From Polyangiales bacterium (GTDB lineage Bacteria; Myxococcota_A; Polyangia; Polyangiales; Houyiibacteriaceae), in assembly GCA_965227405.1 (NCBI GenBank), contig OZ245758.1, forward strand, positions 4,203,267 through 4,267,266: a DNA stretch of 64,000 nucleotides, written 5' to 3'. Positions 8,944 to 17,545 of this stretch are shown in pieces. Position 1 is the stretch's first letter. Each line of letters starts with the position of its first letter. The position numbers were made by a program, and so were the translations under genes. Under the pieces are notes generated by a model that saw nothing but the letters and a program-made list of their open reading frames with translations, made no database searches and was not told the DNA's origin.

Positions 8944-9339
8944 CTACTTGCGTCTGTGATACAGCAACGCGGCTTCGACGCACTCACGAACGATCTTTCG
9001 CGGTAGCTTGTCACCGAGGCGAAACACCACAGCTCGGTTACCTTCGAAGCGCAGCTTCTTCCCAAAGCTCGCACGAAACTCTTCAACCAACGACGTCTGG
9101 CAGTGCACGAACATTGCGTAGCCTTCGTCGTGCAACCCAAGCCGAATCGTTGTTCCAGACTTGGGCTTTGCGGTGATGTAACTGGGCTGACCCCAACGAA
9201 GCGTCTCGGTCAGCTCTCCCACGCCGTCTGTATTCGCCGCGGTGTCCAAGATGATCTGCCTCAGCTGGAGCAGAGCCTTCCGCTCCTTGGGCGGATAGCC
9301 AGCAAAGACTTCGGCAACGTCCGGGTTGGAGACCTTCAC
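8944..9339 (-). CDS. DUF1801 (YdhG-like) domain protein
   Basis: 131 aa. The pattern LRxIILDTA...E..KWGxPsY-like (LRWGQPSYI) ...FxxxK is typical of DUF1801. Confidence 0.65.
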   Translation of the reverse strand: MKVSNPDVAEVFAGYPPKERKALLQLRQIILDTAANTDGVGELTETLRWGQPSYITAKPKSGTTIRLGLHDEGYAMFVHCQTSLVEEFRASFGKKLRFEGNRAVVFRLGDKLPRKIVRECVEAALLYHRRK

Positions 9340-9398
9340 GCGACCAAGCTAGCAGGTGCGTGCGACCACCAGAACATCGCGCGCTATGCTCTCGCTCT

Positions 9399-10400
9399 AT
9401 GAAGGCGACCTGGCTCATCGTGTTCGTGTTTTGCGGAGCATGCGGCTCGTGCGACGAAGCCGATGTGCAGGTGCTGGAGCCAGATGAACCGCAAGCCGAG
9501 CCCAACACTGAAGAGATCGAGTCCGAATCAGAAGTGAGGCAGCCGAGCGCTTCGGGAGAGGAGCTATGCGCATCATCCTCTGCGCGCTGGTGTGTACCTG
9601 CAGGTCAGGGAGCATGGGTGCTCGACGTCGAAAGTACGCCAGCTGATTGTGGGATGGGCAACATCCCTGAATCGGGCGAGCGTGGGCGCATGAGGATCAA
9701 CTACCTCACACAAGACGGACAGTTCGAAGGGGAGTGGGACGAGTTTGACGAGTGTGAAGCAACGGTCGAACTGAGCAGCCTGGGACACTTCGACTGGGAT
9801 GGTGATGGTCACGACGAACTCGTAGTCCGCCGTCGCGAGTCCTATCTCGACGGCGGGGAGTCAACGGCGTGGATTCAGACCTATTCGAACTCCGCGATCG
9901 AACGGTTCACTGAGTTGCCTGATGAGTCACGCGAAGTGTTCGAACTGCGCGACGCCGACGAGGATGGACGCCTGGACATCGTGACACGAGGACCCCACCA
10001 GCGCGGCCCGCGAGAGAGCGATTGTTGTAGCAACGTGTACAGCGGTGGCCCGATGACTCTGTGGCACTCGTTGTCGGATGGAACGTTCACGCGCTCCGAC
10101 GGAGTCGCGCTGGCGCACATACGCGAGCAGTGCGGCGACACGCAGCGGCCGCTCCTCGGAAATGCCCTCGCCGCGATCGCACAGTGCTTTCCGGAAGAGG
10201 TCTGGGGCGATGTCGAGTCCGCCGTGACCTGCGCGAGGCTGGCCGGCAACGATGTCGCACAAACCCGCGATCGTGTTCGTGCCGAAGTCGAAGCATACCA
10301 ATGTCCGGAGGGCTTCGAGTGCTGCTCGGAACTCGATTCGCTCGAAGACGACATCGCGCGCCTCGCCGAAAACGTGAACACAGACGTCACGCTCAACTGA
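9399..10400 (+). CDS. lipoprotein with FG-GAP/VCBS-like Asp-rich repeats
   Basis: ATG 9399 gives MKATWLIVFVFCGAC (signal plus lipobox). Motifs DWDGDGHDELVV and DADEDGRLDIV are present. Confidence 0.7.
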   Translation: MKATWLIVFVFCGACGSCDEADVQVLEPDEPQAEPNTEEIESESEVRQPSASGEELCASSSARWCVPAGQGAWVLDVESTPADCGMGNIPESGERGRMRINYLTQDGQFEGEWDEFDECEATVELSSLGHFDWDGDGHDELVVRRRESYLDGGESTAWIQTYSNSAIERFTELPDESREVFELRDADEDGRLDIVTRGPHQRGPRESDCCSNVYSGGPMTLWHSLSDGTFTRSDGVALAHIREQCGDTQRPLLGNALAAIAQCFPEEVWGDVESAVTCARLAGNDVAQTRDRVRAEVEAYQCPEGFECCSELDSLEDDIARLAENVNTDVTLN

Positions 10401-10470
10401 GCATTTTCCTAAACATCGACCGCCCGAAGTTCTTGGTCGTCGGCGCCGCCTAAAGCGCGTAGATTTACTT

Positions 10471-12324
10471 ATGCTCCGCGCCAGCGCACTCGCGATCACG
10501 CTCGTTGCAGCAGCCGGGTGTGGTGACCGTGGCTGTCCGGTCGGATTCGAAGTCTGTGGCGGTGAGTGTGTAACGTTCGGCAGCGACGACCACTGCATAC
10601 GTTGTGGCAATGCTTGTACCGGAGGCACGTCTTGTGAACCGGGCGTAGGTTGCAGGTGCGCAGCAGGTCAAGTGATGTGCGACATGGAGTGCGTCGACTT
10701 GCAGACAAGCGACACTCATTGCGGGCGATGCTCGCAGCGATGTGGAGGCGGGAGTTGCGTCGCTGGGAGCTGTGTATGTGCAGATTCAGCTCAGACGTTG
10801 TGTGGGAGTGCCTGCGTTGACTTGAACACCTCGTCCACATCGTGTGGTTCATGCGGCAACGTTTGTGTTTCGCCGGAAAGCTGTTTCGACGGTGAGTGTC
10901 GATGTCCTGAGGGTGAACGCGCTTGCGGCGACGAATGCCGGAACATTCGCGGTTCGGACATCGCAAACTGTGGCGGCTGCGATCGCACGTGTGGTGCGGA
11001 TGCTTTCTGTGACGAAGGTCGCTGTCGTTGCCCAGAGGGTTTTGCTCTATGCAGTGAAGACTGCCACGACACGAGTCGCGATCCCTTCCACTGTGGTCGC
11101 TGTGGGACTCAATGTGACGCTCGTGCGGGACAGGTCTGCGCAGCCGCGGCGTGCCATCCTCGCGCCGTCTGGGCACTCGGCTACCCGTCCAACGAGAGGG
11201 CGCTTACAGACAGTCTACGAAACGTCTCGGCTGCAGTCGATCCCGTCACCAATCACATCTATGTCGCATACTCGACTTTGCTGTCTGGAGGAGGCACCGA
11301 AGTTACCTTGGTAGCGCTCGATGAGGACGGCGCGGAGCGTTGGACCAACGAGTTATCCGTCGCGAGCGGGACCGCGCCGACAGCACTTGCTGTCGGTGGT
11401 GGGCAAGTGATGATGGCCCTGAGTGGTGCAGTTACACGCTCGAACGTCCGTGTATTTGACGCCGAGGACGGGGCACTTATCGAGGCCCACCTGCTGGGTT
11501 CTGACACCACGAGTGTAGCCGCTGACTCAGAAGGTGGCTTCATTGTCGTCGGCGTGTACACGGGTGGTTTCGCGCTGGGGAGCGTCGTTCTACCTTCCGT
11601 GTCCTGGCACACTGTGTTCGTCGTTCGGTTCGGTCCGGATGCGCGTGCGGACTTCGGCTTTCCCCTCGGTCATCCGAGCGTGAGCGAACAGCATCCGGCC
11701 GTTGCTCTGGCATCTGATGGGACATTCTTCGTTGCAGCGGCCGGAGGTGGACGTTCGTTCACCAAGGATGGAGTCACGTTTCCAGGGCAGGGTTGGGTCG
11801 CGGGTTTCGACTCCGCTGGGACGGCACTATGGGCGGACGGCGCGTCGCTGCAGGCTGCACTAGATCTAGCCGTCTCCCCGTCGCATGTCATGTTGTACTC
11901 CAACGCAGACGGGTTTGTTCACGGCGTTGACGTCGGGACGGAGACCTTCACGGCCACCTGGTCGCACGTTGGCGAGCGTGGCTTCCTCCTACCACTGTAC
12001 CCGTTTCGTCCCGATGGTGGCGGCGCTGCATATGCGTCGCAGTTCTTCGTCAGCTCGCCTGGACGCGATGACTACTCGCTCGGAGGACTTAGAGCCACCG
12101 GATCAAGAGCAAGGGACAGTCTCGTTGCTGCCATTGAGGCTGATGGAGCAGTGGATTGGCTGAGCCACCTCTCTGTCTCTGCCGATTCATCCCCCGAGGA
12201 TGTCGGCGCCACCTCCGACTTTGTAGTTCTCGTTGGTCGATACGAAGGAGTTGTTCAGGTCGACGAAGTGGCTCTGGGCTCGATGGGCGAAGATGCTGTG
12301 TACGTGGTCCGAATCGACCGTTAG
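10471..12324 (+). CDS. lipoprotein with five Stig1-like Cys-rich repeats plus a beta-rich C-terminal domain
   Basis: Signal plus lipobox LVAAAGCG. The unit C-x3-C-V/R-x-L/I-x-T/S-x3-C-G-x-C-x3-C occurs five times in residues ~25-230. The remainder is Gly/Val/Asp-rich and beta-propeller-like. Confidence 0.75.
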   Translation: MLRASALAITLVAAAGCGDRGCPVGFEVCGGECVTFGSDDHCIRCGNACTGGTSCEPGVGCRCAAGQVMCDMECVDLQTSDTHCGRCSQRCGGGSCVAGSCVCADSAQTLCGSACVDLNTSSTSCGSCGNVCVSPESCFDGECRCPEGERACGDECRNIRGSDIANCGGCDRTCGADAFCDEGRCRCPEGFALCSEDCHDTSRDPFHCGRCGTQCDARAGQVCAAAACHPRAVWALGYPSNERALTDSLRNVSAAVDPVTNHIYVAYSTLLSGGGTEVTLVALDEDGAERWTNELSVASGTAPTALAVGGGQVMMALSGAVTRSNVRVFDAEDGALIEAHLLGSDTTSVAADSEGGFIVVGVYTGGFALGSVVLPSVSWHTVFVVRFGPDARADFGFPLGHPSVSEQHPAVALASDGTFFVAAAGGGRSFTKDGVTFPGQGWVAGFDSAGTALWADGASLQAALDLAVSPSHVMLYSNADGFVHGVDVGTETFTATWSHVGERGFLLPLYPFRPDGGGAAYASQFFVSSPGRDDYSLGGLRATGSRARDSLVAAIEADGAVDWLSHLSVSADSSPEDVGATSDFVVLVGRYEGVVQVDEVALGSMGEDAVYVVRIDR

Positions 12325-14024
12325 CCACCAATACGCACGGCGAGTCCGACTTGAATGCGCACTTGGTTGTAAACGTTCGTCGCGTCTGGCTGGTCGAAGT
12401 AGATGAGCTGCATTTGCCACCCGACCTTCAGAAAGAACCCCGCGCTTTCGGAACCCCAGATCGTGACGCCAGCCTCGACGCCGAAGTCGATCCCCGGTGC
12501 GTGGTCGCCATCTTGCTCTACGAAGGCACTTCCCACGAGGAGTGCACCAAACGGCTCGATAGCCACCGATCCCGCGTCGATACCGCGACGAATGCCCACG
12601 ATGAGATCGAGCGTGAAGACTCTCCGACGACCCGCGATCTCGTCGAACTCTACTCTTGCCCCCGAGACGGAGGCACCTACGAAAATCCATGATCCGAGTG
12701 ACAGCTGAAGAGATGCGCTCCCACCGATGCTCGGCTTCAGATCCCATGACCCCGAGGTGTCGCCGTCGACCCGGAGTTTGACCTTGCCTCCTGCGCCCAG
12801 AAGCGGGCCGACATTGAGTCGGAGCAAGCCAGGACGAGCGCGTCTGCGTCGTACTTCAGGGCTGTCCTCGATCGGAGCTCGCGCTGGTAAATCTGTCGTA
12901 CCCGTCGATGTGAGGTCAGGAAACTGCGTTGCGAGGTATCGGATGAACGGAGAGCGGAGAGCGATGCTGTCATCGGCCTCGGTCGCCTTCCGTCCAAACG
13001 TAATCGCGCGGTTCCAGTTGACGTGTGCGGTGTCGCGCGGAGCGCCTGCCGGCATTTGCGCCGGCGACTCGTATCCACCACTGCGTTCCAGCGCAACCAA
13101 GGCGGCGTCCCAAAAATACCCTGCCAACATGGCCAAGAGATCGGCGTCTGTCGTACTTTGTGCAAGCCGATGGAACAGCGCCAATCGTTCAGGCTGCATC
13201 CCTGTATCGACTGCATTGGCAGTCTCTTCCAGCAATTCGATTCCACCCAGTCGCACCAGAGCATCCACGACTGATGCTCGATCCGCTCGGTCGCTGATCG
13301 CCTGAAGTGCATCATATGCTCGGGCGACCGAACCATCGGATAGTGCCGCCTGGTGTGCGCGCATGATGTGTCTGACTGGAACAGCGACGCCGATACCCTG
13401 AACACCGGCATCCACGTTGCCGCGTGCGACGACGATCCCAAGCAGATTCTCGTTCTCGTCGATTAGTGGACCGCCCGAGTTGCCTGGGTTGAGCGAGATA
13501 CTGAGCTGGAGACGCCCGTCATCCATCGCCGCACTGATGATTCCGCGTGAGGACTGGGGCTGATTTCGATCTGCGTCGAGTGGGTAGCCGATGGCATCAA
13601 CCGTCGATCGTACTGATACGACCGGTGCCTCCTCGGGGAGTGACAGATGAGGCAGTTCGCCATCTGCAGCCAGAACGAGCACTGCGTAGTCGAGCGCGTC
13701 GTCTTGGCGTACCACACGTGCGAGATGGAGGGTGCCGCTGCTCAATCGAACAGCGATATGGCGCGCACCTTCAACGACGTGGGCCGCCGTCACAATGACT
13801 CCGCGAGGGTCGACAACAACGCCAGAGCCGTGACCAGCGACCGGAATCGCCACGGTCCGTAGCACTCTGTGGCCCATAACCTGTTCGACACCCACCTCGC
13901 GCACCGCGAACACGCGCACCGTGGCAAGGTCAACGTTGGAATATGTCACGTCGGTTGCGAACGGGTTCTGTGCGGAAGCTGAGCTTGTAAGCAGACAGAC
14001 AAGACAAGCGATCAGACCACGCAC
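12321..14024 (-). CDS. S1C (HtrA/DegP-like) serine protease fused to a C-terminal putative beta-barrel domain
   Basis: Signal peptide ends SASAQ. Triad motifs TAAHVV (His), DYAVL (Asp) and NPGNSGGPLID (Ser). No PDZ domain recognised. The last ~170 aa alternate hydrophobic and polar residues with Gly-rich turns. Confidence 0.8.
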   Translation of the reverse strand: MRGLIACLVCLLTSSASAQNPFATDVTYSNVDLATVRVFAVREVGVEQVMGHRVLRTVAIPVAGHGSGVVVDPRGVIVTAAHVVEGARHIAVRLSSGTLHLARVVRQDDALDYAVLVLAADGELPHLSLPEEAPVVSVRSTVDAIGYPLDADRNQPQSSRGIISAAMDDGRLQLSISLNPGNSGGPLIDENENLLGIVVARGNVDAGVQGIGVAVPVRHIMRAHQAALSDGSVARAYDALQAISDRADRASVVDALVRLGGIELLEETANAVDTGMQPERLALFHRLAQSTTDADLLAMLAGYFWDAALVALERSGGYESPAQMPAGAPRDTAHVNWNRAITFGRKATEADDSIALRSPFIRYLATQFPDLTSTGTTDLPARAPIEDSPEVRRRRARPGLLRLNVGPLLGAGGKVKLRVDGDTSGSWDLKPSIGGSASLQLSLGSWIFVGASVSGARVEFDEIAGRRRVFTLDLIVGIRRGIDAGSVAIEPFGALLVGSAFVEQDGDHAPGIDFGVEAGVTIWGSESAGFFLKVGWQMQLIYFDQPDATNVYNQVRIQVGLAVRIGG

Positions 14025-14099
14025 AAGGCGAGGGTACGCGACACGGTACCGCTAGGTCACGCTTGCAAACAGTCGGAGGCGACCTAGCTTGGCGCGGCT

Positions 14100-14576
14100 A
14101 TGACACGGCCGTTCATTATTGGTTTCACTGGCGCCCGCGTGGGGATGTCGGCGGAGTGCGTTCGGTCGGTCAGTCGTCAGCTTGGTCTGATCGCCAACGC
14201 GACGCTTGTTGGGCTGCACGGAGACTGCGTCGGCGCTGACTCGGACTTCGATTGTCTATGTCGACTGCACTCGATCGAGACGTGGATGCGCCCGTGCACG
14301 ATGGACGGACACGAAGACCACCGGTTCCGCGCGTACACGCAAGCCAAGTCGATGGGTAAGGCAACCAACCCGATGAAACGAAACCGGGAAATCGCAGCGC
14401 AGTGTCACGTGCTCTTCGGATGCCCTCCAACGGATCACGAAGTGCAGCGCTCGGGTTCGTGGGCGACGATTCGGTACGCGCGTAAGTACGGCAAGCCCAC
14501 ATTCTTGTTCTTTCCAAGCGGCGAGACCGAAGGAGACTTTGACCTGCTCCACAAGATGATCGGCAAGACGAAGTGA
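14100..14576 (+). CDS. SLOG-superfamily-like (DUF2493/YpsA-type) Rossmann-fold protein
   Basis: 158 aa. The pattern GFTGxR...HGDCVGADSDF...RNREIA...RSGSWATIRYARKYGKP resembles DUF2493/YpsA-type SLOG proteins. Assignment is from memory of the motif pattern. Confidence 0.5.
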   Translation: MTRPFIIGFTGARVGMSAECVRSVSRQLGLIANATLVGLHGDCVGADSDFDCLCRLHSIETWMRPCTMDGHEDHRFRAYTQAKSMGKATNPMKRNREIAAQCHVLFGCPPTDHEVQRSGSWATIRYARKYGKPTFLFFPSGETEGDFDLLHKMIGKTK

Positions 14577-14588
14577 TAGGGTCGTGAC

Positions 14589-15455
14589 ATGCGTTTGTGG
14601 GTCGTCATGCTGGTGGTCGGATGCGCTGGAACAAATACGTCTCGCTCCTCACCACCAGCCCCGAATCAGCCCGCCTCCACTGCGGATGAAGATGCTGACG
14701 AAACAGTAGCGCGACCCAGCGAGTTCACGATGCTCCGTCAGCACTGTGCGGAGGGAGAAGAAGACGCGTGCCGAGACTACTGGGAACTGCACCGAAACGA
14801 GTCCTTGATTGTATACGCCGAACCGCCAAGCGTTCCGCGAGCAGAGACTGAGCAACCTCTAATCGCTCTCGCGCAGAGTTCGACGGCGACACTACCCGGC
14901 ATACCCGCAATCTCGGCGGACAGGTACGCGCGGCTCGCATGGAAGGAAGCTGACGAAGAGGCGTGGTCAGTGGATGTCGAAATCGTTGCGCTGCAGGGCG
15001 GAGAACTGTTGGAGACATTGCCCCTTGTTCGCGTTATGGACACGTACCACTACGTTCAGGGTTCCGAACTGAGTGACGAAGAACACGAGCGAGAGACGAC
15101 GGATCGGATTCAGGAAGCACTCGAAACAGTGCGTGAACGAACACACGGCTTCCGCGAAATGATGAGTCTGGTTCCGAGCCCACATGCATCGACGGGTTTG
15201 TTCTTCGATGGCGACAAAGTGATCGTCCGAGCGATTGGGCCGGGCCAGGTTCTTTGGACCGGAGATCCCTTCGATGTGTCAGTGATCAACGAACATGAGG
15301 TACCAGAGGATTGTCGACATCGTGAAGTGGGCCGCGTTGCGGGATGGCTTGACGAAGAGAGCGACCAACTGCTGCTTCGCGTTGTGTTCTTCACGGGGCC
15401 TGACGCCTGCCGGAGTCCGGTCGGCTGGCGAGTCGTACAGCTGGAAAACGAGTAG
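14589..15455 (+). CDS. hypothetical lipoprotein
   Basis: MRLWVVMLVVGCAG is a signal plus lipobox, followed by an acidic linker. No known motif. Confidence 0.65.
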   Translation: MRLWVVMLVVGCAGTNTSRSSPPAPNQPASTADEDADETVARPSEFTMLRQHCAEGEEDACRDYWELHRNESLIVYAEPPSVPRAETEQPLIALAQSSTATLPGIPAISADRYARLAWKEADEEAWSVDVEIVALQGGELLETLPLVRVMDTYHYVQGSELSDEEHERETTDRIQEALETVRERTHGFREMMSLVPSPHASTGLFFDGDKVIVRAIGPGQVLWTGDPFDVSVINEHEVPEDCRHREVGRVAGWLDEESDQLLLRVVFFTGPDACRSPVGWRVVQLENE

Positions 15456-15464
15456 GCTACGTGT

Positions 15465-16139
15465 ATGCGCTTGGTATTCGTGTTGGGGTTGATGACCGCT
15501 TGCGGCAATTCGCACATGGCTGACGTCGGACCGGACACTGCTCGGACCGACGCGGCAAGGGATACATCTGTGTCCGATACAGGGGACATCGACACAGGGG
15601 CAGCGGATGACGCTGGCTCGAGTGACGCAGGAGGCTCTCGATGCGAGCACCCCACTGATTGCACGCTCATTCCCGCAAGCTGTTGTGGCGACTGCGGCGC
15701 GTACACGCGCGACGACATCCTTTCGTTGCACGACGACGACGTCGAAGAACAACGCTCGGCGACCTGTGGTGAGGTGGCATGTCCGCCGTGCTTTACGGAA
15801 CCCGATCCTGCGCTTCAACCCACGTGTGAGTCGGGGGTGTGTGGCTACATCGATCTCTACGACCCGGCGATGGACTTTACGTCTGAGTTCACAGAGTGCA
15901 CAGAGAGCGACGAGTGCGTACTTCGTGTTGTGGACTGCTGTCCATGTGGTGCGGAGATCCGAATGGATCGTCTCGTGGCGATTCGCGTCGACAAGCTCGC
16001 CGATTTTGCGGAACTCGTGTGCGAACCCGGAACCGCGTGCGACGACTGCGAGCCTTCGTACGAACCCTTCTTTGCGCGCTGCGGTGCAGACGCACCGGGA
16101 ATGGCTGCCCGCTGCCGCGTGGACGTTGTGGGTCCGTAG
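15465..16139 (+). CDS. hypothetical Cys-rich lipoprotein (two internal CC-x-C-G repeats)
   Basis: MRLVFVLGLMTACG lipobox. The repeated halves are C..PTDCTLIPASCCGDCGA and CTESDECVLRVVDCCPCGA. Confidence 0.65.
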   Translation: MRLVFVLGLMTACGNSHMADVGPDTARTDAARDTSVSDTGDIDTGAADDAGSSDAGGSRCEHPTDCTLIPASCCGDCGAYTRDDILSLHDDDVEEQRSATCGEVACPPCFTEPDPALQPTCESGVCGYIDLYDPAMDFTSEFTECTESDECVLRVVDCCPCGAEIRMDRLVAIRVDKLADFAELVCEPGTACDDCEPSYEPFFARCGADAPGMAARCRVDVVGP

Positions 16140-16391
16140 CTACGAGCAAAACTCCGCACAGGGATCGGCGGCCGGACTTATACAGCACCCTCGTGTTGAG
16201 CACGCCTGGATCACGATGTCGCCGCAGTCGCAGATGAACTCCGGAATGGGGCATTCGCTCGAGTCGCCACATGGTCGCGTACAGCCACCGCGATCGGTGC
16301 CAACATCGGTGACATCGATGGACGCGTCGCCTGACCCATCGCTCGAACAAGCGAAAGCGAGGAGCGCAAGAACGTAGAGAACTCGGATCAG
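16140..16391 (-). CDS. possible small Cys-rich lipoprotein with no ATG/GTG/TTG start
   Basis: My own translation of the minus strand gives (L)IRVLYVLALLAFACSSDGSGD...CTRPCGDSSECPIPEFICDCGDIVIQACSTRGCCISPAADPCAEFCS, then TAG at 16140-16142. The only start-like codon after the upstream in-frame stop is CTG at 16391. It is absent from the ORF track for that reason. Confidence 0.3.
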   Translation of the reverse strand: MIRVLYVLALLAFACSSDGSGDASIDVTDVGTDRGGCTRPCGDSSECPIPEFICDCGDIVIQACSTRGCCISPAADPCAEFCS

Positions 16392-16562
16392 GACGGTTTC
16401 TGCGTTTCGAGGTTGAGTGCAGCTTCACTCATGAGACCAGAATGCCGTTGTGGGGCGGGAGTGCAATGTGTTCGACATGTTTCTTCGACAATGCACGCGA
16501 TGTGCCGGTGTATTCCTCGAAGAAAGTCACTGATCGGTGCCGGCGTCTGGGTGGCGAGACGC

Positions 16563-17456
16563 CTACCGACACATCTCCGTGCACGCGCTCGTGTCCATCG
16601 TCAGATCAATTTGCGAGGGCGAGCATGTGCCGACTCGGATGTGCCGAAGCAAGGCGGGCACAACGGCGCCTTCGGTGAGACCGACACCGTCGAGGCACGA
16701 AGCCGGGGGGTGTTGGCTGCCGACCAAGAACATCTGTTGCAGTTGAAGCTCGGAAAACGGCGTTGTCTCTGCACACGCCACGGCGGCTTCCATGTCGTCC
16801 GGTACGAAATCGAGTCTCACACCCTGTCCGTCGACGCAGCTGCCATAGATGGGATCGGGGTCGACGATGCTGACGGTCGCCATGCCGGGAATCACGTAGT
16901 AGGAGCATCCACCATCTTCGATGTCGAACACATCGCATGGACTCGGACCTCGCGTTTCCATTTCGATCGCGTAGCTGCGACTGGCGTTGCCGCGTGCCGC
17001 GCGAACGTCGACGGTGTGAATCAGTCGCATGCCGTCGAGGTCACTCCATCCCAGTTGATCCAGGATGGGTCCGGCGACCAATCGTTCCCCATCGGCTCGC
17101 ACTTCGAAGAAGTAGGTGAACGGTCCACGAAACTCCGACGCCTCTCCAAAGAGTTCGGGTGCGTCTGGATCTGGCGCGTGCCGCACGGTGAACTCGACGG
17201 TTTCACCGGCCGTCACTCCATCTTCGAACACAACGAGCGGAACGATCATCGTGCCGCCTTGGAAACCGAATTCCCAGTCCACGACTTGGCCGTCACTCCA
17301 CGGCTCTCCGTTGATCTCCAGACTGAAGATCACGTCGCTTGTGTCCCCGTCCACGGCACTATCAAAGGACGCGTCGGCCGCATCAGAACCAGCGTCGCTC
17401 GGGGCTGCGTCATCACCGCATCCAACCAAAAGAGCAAAGACGATCAGGGTACGCAT
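16563..17456 (-). CDS. hypothetical lipoprotein
   Basis: ATG 17456 gives MRTLIVFALLVGCGDDAAPSDAG (signal, lipobox, acidic linker). The 134-aa Arg-rich extension in the track was rejected. Confidence 0.65.
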   Translation of the reverse strand: MRTLIVFALLVGCGDDAAPSDAGSDAADASFDSAVDGDTSDVIFSLEINGEPWSDGQVVDWEFGFQGGTMIVPLVVFEDGVTAGETVEFTVRHAPDPDAPELFGEASEFRGPFTYFFEVRADGERLVAGPILDQLGWSDLDGMRLIHTVDVRAARGNASRSYAIEMETRGPSPCDVFDIEDGGCSYYVIPGMATVSIVDPDPIYGSCVDGQGVRLDFVPDDMEAAVACAETTPFSELQLQQMFLVGSQHPPASCLDGVGLTEGAVVPALLRHIRVGTCSPSQIDLTMDTSACTEMCR

Positions 17457-17545
17457 ACGACTCAACCTTGCAGGGTGTGCCGTGGCATTGTACCGATGAT
17501 CGCGACTTCGTATGAGCCGAAGTGTGCCGGTGCTACGATCGGTGC

